A stretch of 63,117 bases of DNA, filler included, from Octopus bimaculoides (lineage: Eukaryota): assembly GCF_001194135.2 (NCBI RefSeq). It is 4 parts of 3 records of this genome, joined end to end, with 100 filler letters (N's around TTAATTAATTAA, not from the genome) between each part and the next. Parts side by side here need not be neighbours in the genome. Positions count along the whole stretch, not along the records: positions 22,974 to 51,706 come from NC_068994.1; 3 more parts are not named here. One strand, 5' to 3'. Below, one piece after another: positions 25,200-37,112 of the stretch (the first letter of the stretch is position 1; each line of letters begins with the position of its first letter). The notes below the pieces were generated by a model, which was not told the DNA's origin, made no database searches, and saw only the letters and a list, made by a program, of their open reading frames with translations. The translations under genes and the position numbers were made by a program.

Positions 25200-25445
25200 C
25201 GCTAGTCATAATGCACTTCGCATCGTTTTAGTTTACAAATGATGCCACCCCGCTGGCTAGGTGAACAAGCCAACATTTCTCCCTAATCGAGAGACTAGTC
25301 TACCGCAGGGTTACCCATTTACAGCTAAGTGGACTGGAGCAACGGAAACCGGTGTTTTGCTGAAGAACACAACGCGTGGCCGGTCTGAGAATTAAAACCA
25401 CAGTCTCACGATCATGAGTGCAACAACTCTAACCACGCGCCTTCA
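25200..25445 (-). mobile_element. SINE family C-related copy
   Basis: Shares GTGGACTGGAGCAAC...GAACACAACGCG...AAACCACA..CACGATCATG with 61598-61764. Confidence 0.75.
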
Positions 25446-25466
25446 CATTCATCTTGTGTAATATTG

Positions 25467-25660
25467 ATTTCAAATTTTGGTACTAGGCCAGCAATTTCGG
25501 TGGACGGGGTAAGGTGATTACATCGACCCCATTATTCGACCCCGAAAGGATGCAAAGCAAAGTTGACCTCGGCGGAATTTGAACTCACAACATAAAGATG
25601 GATGAAATGCCGCTAAGCATTTTGCCCAGTTTGATAACGATTCTGCCGGCTCACCGCTTT
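25467..25660 (-). mobile_element. SINE family D
   Basis: Matches 26349-26562 throughout. Confidence 0.85.
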
Positions 25661-26348
25661 AATATTGTGTAATATTAATATCTCGCTTAGCTAAACTAAA
25701 CCTGCATCTATCTACTATACACCTCACATAACTCCTGGTAGATATTTAACTTATATTCCTTCTGCAGAAGACGCTGAAGGTGTCTTTTACTACTTTTCTA
25801 AGGCATATCTTGTTGATATGTAAACAGGCCAATCTGTTCCTGGTCGATTTATATATCAACCATACTTGATGTCAACAACTGTGCTGCTGAATAATCATCA
25901 ACATATCAAGGTGTCATCGAAGGTAATTTGTGGTAAATATTCCAAAGTTGCTTAGTGTATTGCAAGTTCGTTCTTCTTGCTTATTTACCTCACACAGTCA
26001 TAAAGTCTCAGTGATAAAACATCACGCTTAGATGAACAAAAAAATTGTACTGCCTAGGTACTTATTTGTCAAGCTGCTGCTGCTGCTGCTGCTAACACAC
26101 ACACACGCACGCGTGCACAAAATATCAGTTACTTGCCTATAAGTCAGGAAAAAAAAAAGAACATTCTTTAGAGTTCTAAGAACTGGAATGAATCTCATGG
26201 GAGGCAACTCTTCTTTATTTCCTGGAAAATGTTATATCTTTCCATTTCTTTTCCGTTCCGATTTTTATCAACGAGAGAATCCGGACTGTATATTTACCTC
26301 CAGTATAAGAAGGTCTAAGCGCTTCCAATTCTAAAGTGATCAATATTC

Positions 26349-26562
26349 ATTTCAAATTTTTGCACAAGGCCAGCAGTTTCGGGGTCGGAGTAAGTCGATG
26401 TAATCATCAACTCAGTAATCAACTAGTACTTATTTTATTGACACCGAAAGGATGAAAGGCAAAGTCGACTTCGGCGGAATTTGAATTGAGAACGTGAAGA
26501 CGGACGAAATGCCGCTAAGCATTTCGCCCAGCGAGCTAACCATTCTGCCAGCTCGCCGCCTG
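26349..26562 (-). mobile_element. SINE family D
   Basis: Minus strand AGGCGGCGAGCTGGCAGAA...AATTCCGCCGAAGTCGACTTTGCCTTTCATCCTTTCGG: tRNA-like head plus conserved central domain. Confidence 0.88.
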
Positions 26563-26575
26563 AAATAGAGTTTAT

Positions 26576-26935
26576 CTTTTACTTGTTTCCGTCATAACAT
26601 TGCGGCCATGCTGGAACACTACCTCAAAGAATTTTTAGTCGAATGAATTGACCCTAGTTCTCATTTTTTTGTTAAGCTTGGTACTTATTCAATTGGTAGC
26701 TTTTTGCAGAACCGCTAAGTTACGGGGATGTAAACACACCAACACCAGTTGTCAAGCGGTGGTGGGACACACACACGCGTGCACACATATCTAATCGGCT
26801 TCTTTCAGTTTTTGTCTACCAAATCCACTCACAAGGCTTTGGTTGGCTCGAGGTTATAGTAGAAGACATTTGCCCAGGTGCCCGGAACCATGTGGTTGGG
26901 AAGCAGGCTTCTTATCACACAGTCACGCTTGCGCC
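26576..26935 (-). mobile_element. SINE family A
   Basis: Reverse complement of the 32174 copy including the 3' AAACAAGTAAAAGA tail. Confidence 0.85.
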
Positions 26936-27979
26936 TATTTTTCAGATTTTGTTTTTTTTTACATAAAATGCTTCTCCCTATCATTTGCAAGGACGTGGAA
27001 AAACAAAAGTGAAACACCCCCATGCCCATCAAAACGGAGAAAATCCGACGTATGTGGATGTACTATTCCGAAAGTCCGCCAAGGCAATACAGTGCAAAAA
27101 TTAGTTGGCAACGACGGGATACTTAGCTNNNNNNNNNNNNNNNNNNNNNNNNNNNNNNNNNNNNNTATATATATATATATTTCACTCGCATGCATGCATG
27201 CGCATATGTATGTATGTATTAATGTATGTGTATGTTTCATTCTGTGAGGCTTCAACATAACAATTTTTCCCGGTACTAAGTAAAGAGAAAAAACTTTTAG
27301 TTTTCGATTTTGTGCTTGTCAACTTTGTAAAATTCTTCTTCTTCCATGCATTATATAAAAACTGATTCCAAGATAGAAATAGATGCATATTTACATTTCC
27401 CTTAAATTAAAGATCTCACACAGTTTCTAGGTCAGAAAACCAAAACGTTCAGTATCTTGCTTGTGGTATCAAAAGATAGCTCATTATAAACAAAATGCAT
27501 GTAACGGAAAATATTACATGAAACAAGCTGGAAGAATATTTATCATAAAGAATATTTAATAAGTAAGCAAGCAGAAACTGTGAAGTGTCTCGCTGATTGA
27601 TGTGAATTTCAGCAAGGAAAGCGACTCCGCCATTTAGTGAATTACGTCTGTTTAAATAACAAGTAGGGACCAGAAGAAAGTAGCATTCCTATGAGAGAAT
27701 GCACCAAAATCAAATTGCATTACAAGTGGTTTATTATCAATTGGTTGAGAATGTTATTGAAAATAAGTCATGTCATAAGCAGAACTTGATTGACTGAGCC
27801 AATTTCGATGTTTTGAAATGTAACTCCTGTAGCAATTTACACTTTGATTTGAATCCGGAACTTGTTTATTAACCAAGAAATTCACTGATAATAATAACTG
27901 AAATTTTGCCTCATTGAGTGATTATGTCAGCACAAATCTAACAAGCAAAATTGTCAGTTAGCAATTGCCAGATTTTGGA

Positions 27980-28009
27980 GTGATGACGTCATCACAGTTC
28001 TCCAATCAG
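27980..28009. promoter_or_regulatory. Perfect 16-bp palindrome containing a CRE (TGACGTCA) next to CCAATCAG
   Basis: GTGATGACGTCATCAC at 27980-27995 and CCAATCAG at 28002-28009. Function not demonstrated. Confidence 0.3.
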
Positions 28010-28171
28010 AGTTTTTCTTGATTTATATTTTTTTTAAATGGGACTATTCTAAGAACAGCAGACACAGGCCATATGAAAGATGCAGACAAGAGAACAGAGG
28101 ACGGATACAGTCATTCGTTATGTATGGCGTTGTCACCTCTTGAGAATTATAACAGAAAATAATTACATCAA

Positions 28172-29004
28172 TACCATAATACATGCCAGGAAACCCTAGT
28201 TTTTAACAAAGATTCCATCTACACTAGGAAAATCTGACTGAACTGGTTATTTCAATGTATGAAGTCATAAACATTGCGGAGATATGTGAGCGTGTAGGAT
28301 TACATATATTTTTAAATGTACATTTAGGAAGAAATTGACATTAGGGTTTGGGTTTTAAAAAGATGACTATTGACTTCAACCTAAAATGCTAGTGGGTGTC
28401 CAGTACAAACACTGAGGAATAGCATTATTCACACATTTAGTACTTTTTGATTACATTGATTACAGCTCCTAACTTCATTATAGTTAATCTCTTTCATGTT
28501 ATCCTGGATTTAATCACTAACTTATATACTTATATTAGAAAACCTATTAGAAATCTCAAGAATATGCCATCCAACTATAGTTTTTAAAACTTCATAGATA
28601 ATTAGGCACAGGAGTGGCTGTACGGTAAGTAGCTTGCTTACCAACCACATGGTTCTGGGTTCAGTCCCACAGGCACAGGAGTGGCTGCGTGGTAAGTAGC
28701 TTGCTTACCAACCACATGGTTCTGGGTTCAGTCCCACTTCATGGCACCTTGGGCAAGTGTCTTCTATAGCCTCGGGCCGACCAAAGCCTTGTGAGTGGAT
28801 TTGGTAGACGGAAACTGAAAGAAGCCCGTCGTATATATGTATATGTATACATATGTATGTATGTATGTGTTTTGTGTCTGTGTTTGTCTCCACAACATCG
28901 TTTGACAACCAATGCTGGTGTGTTTACGTCCCCGTAACTTAGCGGTTCGGCAAAAGAGACCGATAGAATAAGTACTAGGCTTACAAAGAATAAGTCCTGG
29001 GGTC
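28172..29004 (+). repeat. Local duplication, copy 1 (copy 2 at 31741-32505)
   Basis: Colinear match with scattered substitutions (about 97% by eye), plus microsatellite length differences and a 67-nt tandem duplication found only in copy 1. Confidence 0.92.
28605..29004 (+). mobile_element. SINE family A with tandemly doubled 67-nt head, 3'-truncated
   Basis: The head unit starts at 28605 and again at 28672. The copy stops at GGGGTC, where the 32174 copy continues GATTTGCTCGAC. Confidence 0.9.
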
Positions 29005-30391
29005 CTGAAAGAACGGTTGGACTATACTGGCATTTAGTCACCATTTTAGGTGAATCTGTGTCAACAGAATCACGTAGGCTTTATGGACGAATCACGTCGG
29101 CTGTACAGATCAGAAAGCCGTATGAATCGAATCACGTCGGGGTCACCAGTTTGTAAGAACGACCGTGCGAACCCAAAAGGAGAAATGGTGACGAATGGAA
29201 AAACAGGCTCCTTTTATAAACGCGTCACACGGTCGAACACAAAACTATATCAAATGATATATATGTTATACTTCGATAACATAGATAATTCGTAAATGCC
29301 AGTAAGGAAGACGATAGGAACACAACCGTATGAGATGAATAACAGTAAGATTTATTGTAGCATTAAATTGTATGCCTGTGTGTGAGTGAATGCGACATAA
29401 TGAAACACAATAAAAGACAGGCCGTCATGTAAAGAAAAGAGTGTGTGTAAGTAATACATGTATGTGGGTACGAGAGATACACAGTATTGAATAGAGTCAG
29501 TAACACGTATAAGGATTTAAGATACCAGTTCTTAGAGTACACAGTGGTAAGTGTCTGTGTATAAGAAGTTAAGGCGTGTGTGGCAGAGCGATCACTAGTT
29601 GTGATGTTAGGGCTTCTANNNNNNNNNNNNNNNNNNNNNNNNNNNNNNNNNNNNNNNNNNNNNNNNNNNNNNNNNNNNNNNNNNNNNNNNNNNNNNNNNN
29701 NNNNNNNNNNNNNNNNNNNNNNNNNNNNNNNNNNNNNNNNNNNNNNNNNNNNNNNNNNNNNNNNNNNNNNNNNNNNNNNNNNNNNNNNNNNNNNNNNNNN
29801 NNNNNNNNNNNNNNNNNNNNNNNNNNNNNNNNNNNNNNNNNNNNNNNNNNNNNNNNNNNNNNNNNNNNNNNNNNNNNNNNNNNNNNNNNNNNNNNNNNNN
29901 NNNNNNNNNNNNNNNNNNNNNNNNNNNNNNNNNNNNNNNNNNNNNNNNNNNNNNNNNNNNNNNNNNNNNNNNNNNNNNNNNNNNNNNNNNNNNNNNNNNN
30001 NNNNNNNNNNNNNNNNNNNNNNNNNNNNNNNNNNNNNNNNNNNNNNNNNNNNNNNNNNNNNNNNNNNNNNNNNNNNNNNNNNNNNNNNNNNNNNNNNNNN
30101 NNNNNNNNNNNNNNNNNNNNNNNNNNNNNNNNNNNNNNNNNNNNNNNNNNNNNNNNNNNNNNNNNNNNNNNNNNNNNNNNNNNNNNNNNNNNNNNNNNNN
30201 NNNNNNNNNNNNNNNNNNNNNNNNNNNNNNNNNNNNNNNNNNNNNNNNNNNNNNNNNNNNNNNNNNNNNNNNNNNNNNNNNNNNNNNNNNNNNNNNNNNN
30301 NNNNNNNNNNNNNNNNNNNNNNNNNNNNNNNNNNNNNNNNNNNNNNNNNNNNNNNNNGTATATAATGGTGATAGAGGTTAGTTTCACTACA
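29005..30391 (-). mobile_element. Gypsy-type 5' LTR plus PBS and leader (gap inside)
   Basis: Minus strand starts TGTAGTGAAAC (30391) and ends ...TTCTTACA (29152). It is followed by AAC-TGGTGACCCCGACGTGAT, a typical Gypsy PBS (29148-29131). Continuity across the N-gap is assumed. Confidence 0.65.
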
Positions 30392-30428
30392 GATGCATAT
30401 ATAGAGAAGTGGGTTATATATCATTAGA

Positions 30429-31100
30429 TGTACACCTGACTTTCCTATATTAAATTAAGAATTGAACGGAACGCAGAACTCCAGACTATCAACTCAACAA
30501 TATTTATTTATGGTGGAAAATATACAGCTTTAATCTTGTTTGTTGAGACGTCTTCGGTGTGTGAGAACATGGTTGTTGGGACGTTGGTATATTGATGTGA
30601 GCTGTCTAGCGTGAGTTCGAAAGATGGAGAGACAGCTAGACACGTCCTTGCTCAATCGCTGCTACCAAGAAAAGAGTTCGATCAAAGCGGGAAAGCTTGG
30701 TTGTTGAATTTCACGCATGCGTGAGACTACGCATGCGCACGGCGTTACTACAGGGCTCCCCTCGCCAATGTGGAACGCACGATAATATTATTTTTTTTTG
30801 TTGGAACGCCTGAGGCAGGATGGCCACTGAAAACCATCCACAAGATGTAGCACAAACACACACAAAGAAAATGAAAGAAATGAAATGTACACTCGTGTGA
30901 TACATGCATGCAATGTACAAATTGAAGGAATGAAAGAAAAACATGCAATATGGTGTGTCCCTGGTGGTGGGGTTGTTGGTGCACGACATTGTGGTAGACA
31001 GTACATTGATGGAGAAGACGTCGGCGCAGGAACTGTAATATAGCTGTGTTCTGTATGTGTGGTGGTAATGATGTCCTGTTGAAACTGTTGGCGACGTCGG
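30429..31100 (-). mobile_element. Gypsy-type 3' LTR (LTR-B) with PPT and adjoining internal sequence
   Basis: Minus strand GGCGAGGGGAGCCC (PPT, 30766-30753) directly precedes TGTAGTAACG. Homologous to 22983-23343. Confidence 0.7.
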
Positions 31101-31740
31101 NNNNNNNNNNNNNNNNNNNNNNNNNNNNNNNNNNNNNNNNNNNNNNNNNNNNNNNNNNNNNNNNNNNNNNNNNNNNNNNNNNNNNNNNNNNNNNNNNNNN
31201 NNNNNNNNNNNNNNNNNNNNNNNNNNNNNNNNNNNNNNNNNNNNNNNNNNNNNNNNNNNNNNNNNNNNNNNNNNNNNNNNNNNNNNNNNNNNNNNNNNNN
31301 NNNNNNNNNNNNNNNNNNNNNNNNNNNNNNNNNNNNNNNNNNNNNNNNNNNNNNNNNNNNNNNNNNNNNNNNNNNNNNNNNNNNNNNNNNNNNNNNNNNN
31401 NNNNNNNNNNNNNNNNNNNNNNNNNNNNNNNNNNNNNNNNNNNNNNNNNNNNNNNNNNNNNNNNNNNNNNNNNNNNNNNNNNNNNNNNNNNNNNNNNNNN
31501 NNNNNNNNNNNNNNNNNNNNNNNNNNNNNNNNNNNNNNNNNNNNNNNNNNNNNNNNNNNNNNNNNNNNNNNNNNNNNNNNNNNNNNNNNNNNNNNNNNNN
31601 NNNNNNNNNNNNNNNNNNNNNNNNNNNNNNNNNNNNNNNNNNNNNNNNNNNNNNNNNNNNNNNNNNNNNNNNNNNNNNNNNNNNNNNNNNNNNNNNNNNN
31701 NNNNNNNNNNNNNNNNNNNNNNNNNNNNNNNNNNNNNNNN

Positions 31741-32505
31741 TACCATAATACATGCCAGGAAACCCTAGTTTTTAACAAAGATTCCATCTACACTAGGAAA
31801 ATCTGACTGAACTGGTTATTTCAATGTATGAAGTCATAAACAGTGCGGAGATATGTGAGCGTGTAGGATTACATATATTTTTAAATGTACATTTAGGAAG
31901 AAATTGACATTAGGGTTTGGGTTTTAAAAAGATGACTATTGACTTCAACCTAAAATGCTAGTGGGTGTCCAGTACAAACACTGAGGAATAGCATTATTCA
32001 CACATTTAGTACTTTTTGATTACATTGATTACAGCTTCTAACTTCATTATAGTTAATCTCTTTCATGTTATCCTGGATTTAATCACTAACTTATATACTT
32101 ATATTAGAAAACCTAATAGAAATCTCAAGAATATTCCATCCAACTATAGTTTTTAAAACTTCATAAATAATTGGGCACAGGAGTGGCTGTGTGGTAAGTA
32201 GCTTGCTTACCAACCACATGGTTCTGGGTTCAGTCCCACTTCATGGCACCTTGGGCAAGTGTCTTCTATAGCCTCGGGCCGACCAAAGCCTTGTGAGTGG
32301 ATTTGGTAGACGAAAACTGAAAGAAGCCCGTCGTATATATGTATATGTATATATATGTATGTATGTGTATATGTTTGTGTGTCTGTGTCCCACCAACTTC
32401 GCTTGACAACCAATGCTGGTGTGTTTACGTCCCCGTAACTTAGCGGTTTGGCAAAAGAGACCGATAGAATAGGTAATAGGCTTACAAAGAATAAGTCCTG
32501 GGGTC
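31741..32505 (+). repeat. Local duplication, copy 2
   Basis: Colinear with 28172-29004. It begins at a gap edge, so it may be longer. Confidence 0.92.
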
Positions 32506-32573
32506 GATTTGCTCGACTAAAGGTGGTGCTCCAGCATGGCCGCAGTCAAATGACTGAAACAAGTAAAGAGAGA
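32174..32573 (+). mobile_element. SINE family A, full length
   Basis: GGAGTGGCTGTGTGGTAAGTAGC...GGGTTCAGTCCCAC head, internal TA/TATG/TG repeat, 3' GACTGAAACAAGTAAAGAG. Confidence 0.92.
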
Positions 32574-33317
32574 GTAAAGATAATTAATAGTTGGATTCTT
32601 ATTTGTTCTCAAATAAAGAAATTTTTAACACAGCAACTTCATATTACAAGAGTGTTTAACTAATTTTAAGATTCAAGAACAAAATTATCCTCTCTCCTAA
32701 CTCTGCCCATTTTAGAAAAGATCCTGGAATTTCATATGGTTCACACATTCCGTTTCACTTTATTAAAAATAACATCATGAAACTTTTTTAACCTTTATAA
32801 ACACATTTCAACTAAGTTTAAGTACAGAAAAATATTCAACAGACAAACCTACATTAAGCTACGGCTGTACCACATGTAAAGCATATTATCGGATATAATT
32901 TCTTCAAAAAAAAAAAAAAAAAAAACTCTTGCAGTATGCTCAGACACGAACACCAATTCATACCCACTAAATATTTTGCCATGTAGAAGCCATCATTTAC
33001 GAAGCAGAGGTTAGTTCCATAAAGTCAAACCTTTACATGGCATATAAATAACACATAGCTATGACTGAATAAAGTTCAAATAAAATTTAACAACTATATT
33101 TCGGAAGAGAAGTACAATGAAATTAACTGACTACATCTGGAAATTAAAATAACAAGCTTCAATTACAAATGGTAGCTTACTGAATAAAAGCTTACAAAGA
33201 GAAATATAAATGATGTAGTGGTAACATATATTCAAAATGTTTATATATCTAATAGAAAGTGGGTCAGAAGTTTTACGAAGTATAAATGTTTTGAAAAGAA
33301 TTATTTCATAACTGCGC

Positions 33318-33349
<32 letters not shown>

Positions 33350-33481
33350 CTCGCACGCATACACACAGACATACACGCACGCACACACGCATGCATGCGT
33401 ACATTTATTGCGAACATATGCATTATTCTTCAAATTTTGTTATTTTCCTTCTTTTCGACGCCTTTTTTTTTTTTTGATGTA

Positions 33482-35836
33482 CAGTAGAACCTCGCAGTAC
33501 GACTGCACCATTGTACGAGTAATTTGTTGTACGAGCCGAAATCCGTGCGAATTTTTGTCTTGAAGTATGAGCGGAAATCTGCAGTAGGAGCAAGTTTCGT
33601 ACAAGCGACCGCTAGTCGGCACTGGGCTGGCGCACGCTCTCCCAACAGGCGCGGTCACTGCTCGCTCCTTTCACGTGTTTTTCTCGTTGTGGAAGCACCC
33701 GTTATGTTTTTCCCAGTGTTTTTGTCTGGTTTTGTGCATTTTTTGCTATCATTTTATAATAATTAGTTGTGTTAGCCATGGGTCCTAAGAAGGTTAACGC
33801 AAAGGATAGTGCTGGGAAGAAGAAAATGCTGATTGCGATAGAATTGAAGACGGAAATAATTGATAAACATGAGAGAAGAGTGCGTGTAGTGGACATAGCA
33901 TGTCTATATGACTGAAGTACGTCAATGATCTGCACCATCCTGAAGAAAAAGGACGAAATCAAGACTGTTACAACGGCAAACGTTGTCTCCAGGCTCTCTA
34001 AGCAACGCACATCTGTCCACGAAAGGACAGAAAAATTGCTTTTCCTGTGGATCAACGAGAAGCAGCTCACAGGGGATACGATTACGCAGACCATCATCAG
34101 TGAGAAAGCACGAGCGCTGTATGGGGATCTACTGAAGCAGAACCATGGAACATCGGCGAATTTAAGGCCAGTCGTGGCTGGTTTGATAATTTCCAGAAGA
34201 GGACTGGTGTTCATAGCATCGCCAGATATGGAGAAACAGAGAGTTCTGACACGAAGGCAGCTGAAGATTTCGAGCGTGAATTCCGTCACCTCATCGCAGC
34301 CGAGGGGTACATCGCACAACAGGTATTCAACTGTGATGAAACTGGCCATTTTTTTTTTTTTTTAGAAAGAACCTACATAACTGCAGAGGAGAAGAAAATG
34401 CCAGGTCACAAGCCTATGAAAGATAGGCTAACTTTCGCCCTTTGTGCTAATGCGAGTGGAGACTTGAAGATTAAGCCATTCCGAAAACCCACGAGCGTTT
34501 AAGTTGCACAAAAACCTGAAGGAGAGGCTGCGGGTCATGTGGAGGACAAACATTAAAGTCTGGGTCACCAGACAATTCTTCTCCAAACGGGTCAACCCTG
34601 TCATCGGATCAGTAGTGAAATAGTACCTTCTGGAAAACAATCTTCCTCTCAAGGCCCTCCTCATCCTCTTCAATGCTCCTGCTCACCCTCCTAACCTCGA
34701 AGATGATATCCTGGACGAATTTAAATTTATAAAGGTTTTATTCCTTTCACGCAACACCACCACTATCCTGCAGCCCGTAGATCAACAGATGATTTCAAAT
34801 TTTAAGAAATTGTACACCAAACACCTGTTTCGTCGGTCCTATGAAGTCACCGAAAATACAAATCTAACCCTTCGTGAGTTTCGGAAGGAGCACTACAACA
34901 TTGTAAACTGCTTGAAAATCATCGGTATGGCTTGGCAGGGTGTGACGAGGAGAACGCTGAATTCTGCATGGAAGAAACTGTGGCCTTACTGCGTATCTGG
35001 AAAAGACTTCGAGGAGTTTGAGTTTGAGACACCTGTAGTCGAGGAGATAGTATCTCTTGGCAAGTTCATGGGCATCGAGTTTGATGATGGGGACATTAAC
35101 GATCTCGTCGAGGAACACTCAGAGGAGCTGATGACAGATGAACTCCTGCAGCTTCAGGAGCAAGAGCTTTTGGATGCAGGGGAAGAGATTGGTTCCTTGG
35201 AGGACAGTGTAGCAGAGAATGCTATCTCTACAAGTAACATAAAGGCAGCGTTGGCAAAGTGGCAGTATGTTTCTGAATTTCTAGAAAAATATCATCCTGA
35301 AAGAGTAGCTGCAGGTCGTGCAGCTGCTTCTTTTAATGATTCTGTTATGATGCATTTACGCAACATTTTGAAAGGCAGGAAAAAGCAGACTTCTCTTGAT
35401 ATGTTTCTAATGAAACCACCTGCAAGTGAAGAAAGTGTGTCCAAAAAGCCTAAATTAAGCGAAGTGAGAGAGAAAACACCAGAAATTGTTCTTCCTGAAG
35501 TTTTAATAGAAGGAGAATCTCCTTCCAAACAGTAATCTTCTTTCCCGTTCCATTGTCTTCCTCGCGCACAAATCTTTAAGGTAATTCAGTTAATAAAATC
35601 AGTTTACATTTCTTTTGCATTCTCTTTTTTATAATTGTCATTTTACTTGTAACTACACCTTTTCTGTTTTAAAACCCATAAAAAATTATTTTCGAAGGAT
35701 TTGGGGGTGGGGTGGGGGCTGAAACGGATTAATTATATTTTAGTTAATTTCAATTGGGAAAATTGGTTTTTAAAACGTGTAAATCGTAAGACGAGTTCTG
35801 TCACTGAACGGATTAAACTCCTACTGCGAGTTACTG
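33482..35836 (+). mobile_element. Full-length Tigger/pogo DNA transposon (2355 bp)
   Basis: Left TIR CAGTAGAACCTCGCAGTACGA and right end TCCTACTGCGAGTTACTG (imperfect inverse). TA at 33480-33481 and 35837-35838. Confidence 0.92.
33778..35535 (+). pseudogene. Tigger transposase pseudogene (CENP-B-type HTH plus DDE_1)
   Basis: MGPKKVNAKD...EKLLFLWINEKQ...EFKASRGWFDNF...QVFNCDETG...KDRLTFALCANASGD...NAPAHP...NTTTILQPVDQ..SAWKKLWP. Contains in-frame stops, frameshifts, a poly-T expansion and a small deletion. Confidence 0.95.
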
Positions 35837-36544
35837 TATTTGTTTTTCCAACATACTTTACTCTTTATTATAAATGTCTTTTTTTTCTTTCACAGTTGTG
35901 TTTGAAATTTCGTTATACTTTTCAGAGGAAAGAATTCATTTCCACCGTTAAAGCGATATGCATCAAAGAAAAATAGAATTTCTTTTTAAATGAAAATGAT
36001 ACCCTAGAAAATTTGATATGAATAAATAATGTCTTGAAATAACCAATATGGAAAATTTGTAGTTTTTATTACCTTACATACATATTAGTAACAATTGCTA
36101 TGTTTGAAATGTTGGTACAACTTAACCGTATGTATGTATGTGTGTATGTATGTATGTATGCATTTATGTATGTATGTATGTATTATGTATGTATGTATGT
36201 ATGTATGTATGTATGCATTTATGTATGTATGTACGTATGTAATTGCTTTACACGATACTAAGTTTGCACGGGTTTACTTCAGAACAGTTTTGGTTGAAAT
36301 TTTTTTTTCGTTTTAGTTTATGTATTCTGAAATACCCCTTCGATATCTCTGTATCAATTTTTTTTTTTTTTTTTTACTTTCACTTTTCTTCTTCGATTAG
36401 TGCCTTACACCACATTCTAAACTAACACTTGAATTTTTAAAATATATTTTGTGAAATATTTTTGTGATTAAATAATAGAGGTTCAAATTTCAAGAGAGTC
36501 AATTTCTTTGGAAATAAAACATTATCAAAATTTTAAAAATTAGA

Positions 36545-37112
36545 GTGGTAAGTAGCTTGCTTACCNNNNNNNNNNNNNNNNNNNNNNNNNNNNNNNNNNN
36601 NNNNNNNNNNNNNNNNNNNNNNNNNNNNNNNNNNNNNNNNNNNNNNNNNNNNNNNNNNNNNNNNNNNNNNNNNNNNNNNNNNNNNNNNNNNNNNNNNNNN
36701 NNNNNNNNNNNNNNNNNNNNNNNNNNNNNNNNNNNNNNNNNNNNNNNNNNNNNNNNNNNNNNNNNNNNNNNNNNNNNNNNNNNNNNNNNNNNNNNNNNNN
36801 NNNNNNNNNNNNNNNNNNNNNNNNNNNNNNNNNNNNNNNNNNNNNNNNNNNNNNNNNNNNNNNNNNNNNNNNNNNNNNNNNNNNNNNNNNNNNNNNNNNN
36901 NNNNNNNNNNNNNNNNNNNNNNNNNNGACAACTGATGCTGGTGTGTTTACGTCCCCGTGGCCTAGTGGTTCGGCAAAAAAGGCCAATAGAATAAGTACTA
37001 GGCTTACAAAGAATAAGTGCTAGGCTTACAAAGAATAAATCCTGGGGTCGATTTGCTCGACTAAAGGCGGTGCTCCAGCATGGCCACAGTCAAATGACTG
37101 AAACAAGTAAAA
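36545..37112 (+). mobile_element. SINE family A spanning an assembly gap
   Basis: Head GTGGTAAGTAGCTTGCTTACC before the gap and the family A 3' half after it. Confidence 0.85.
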
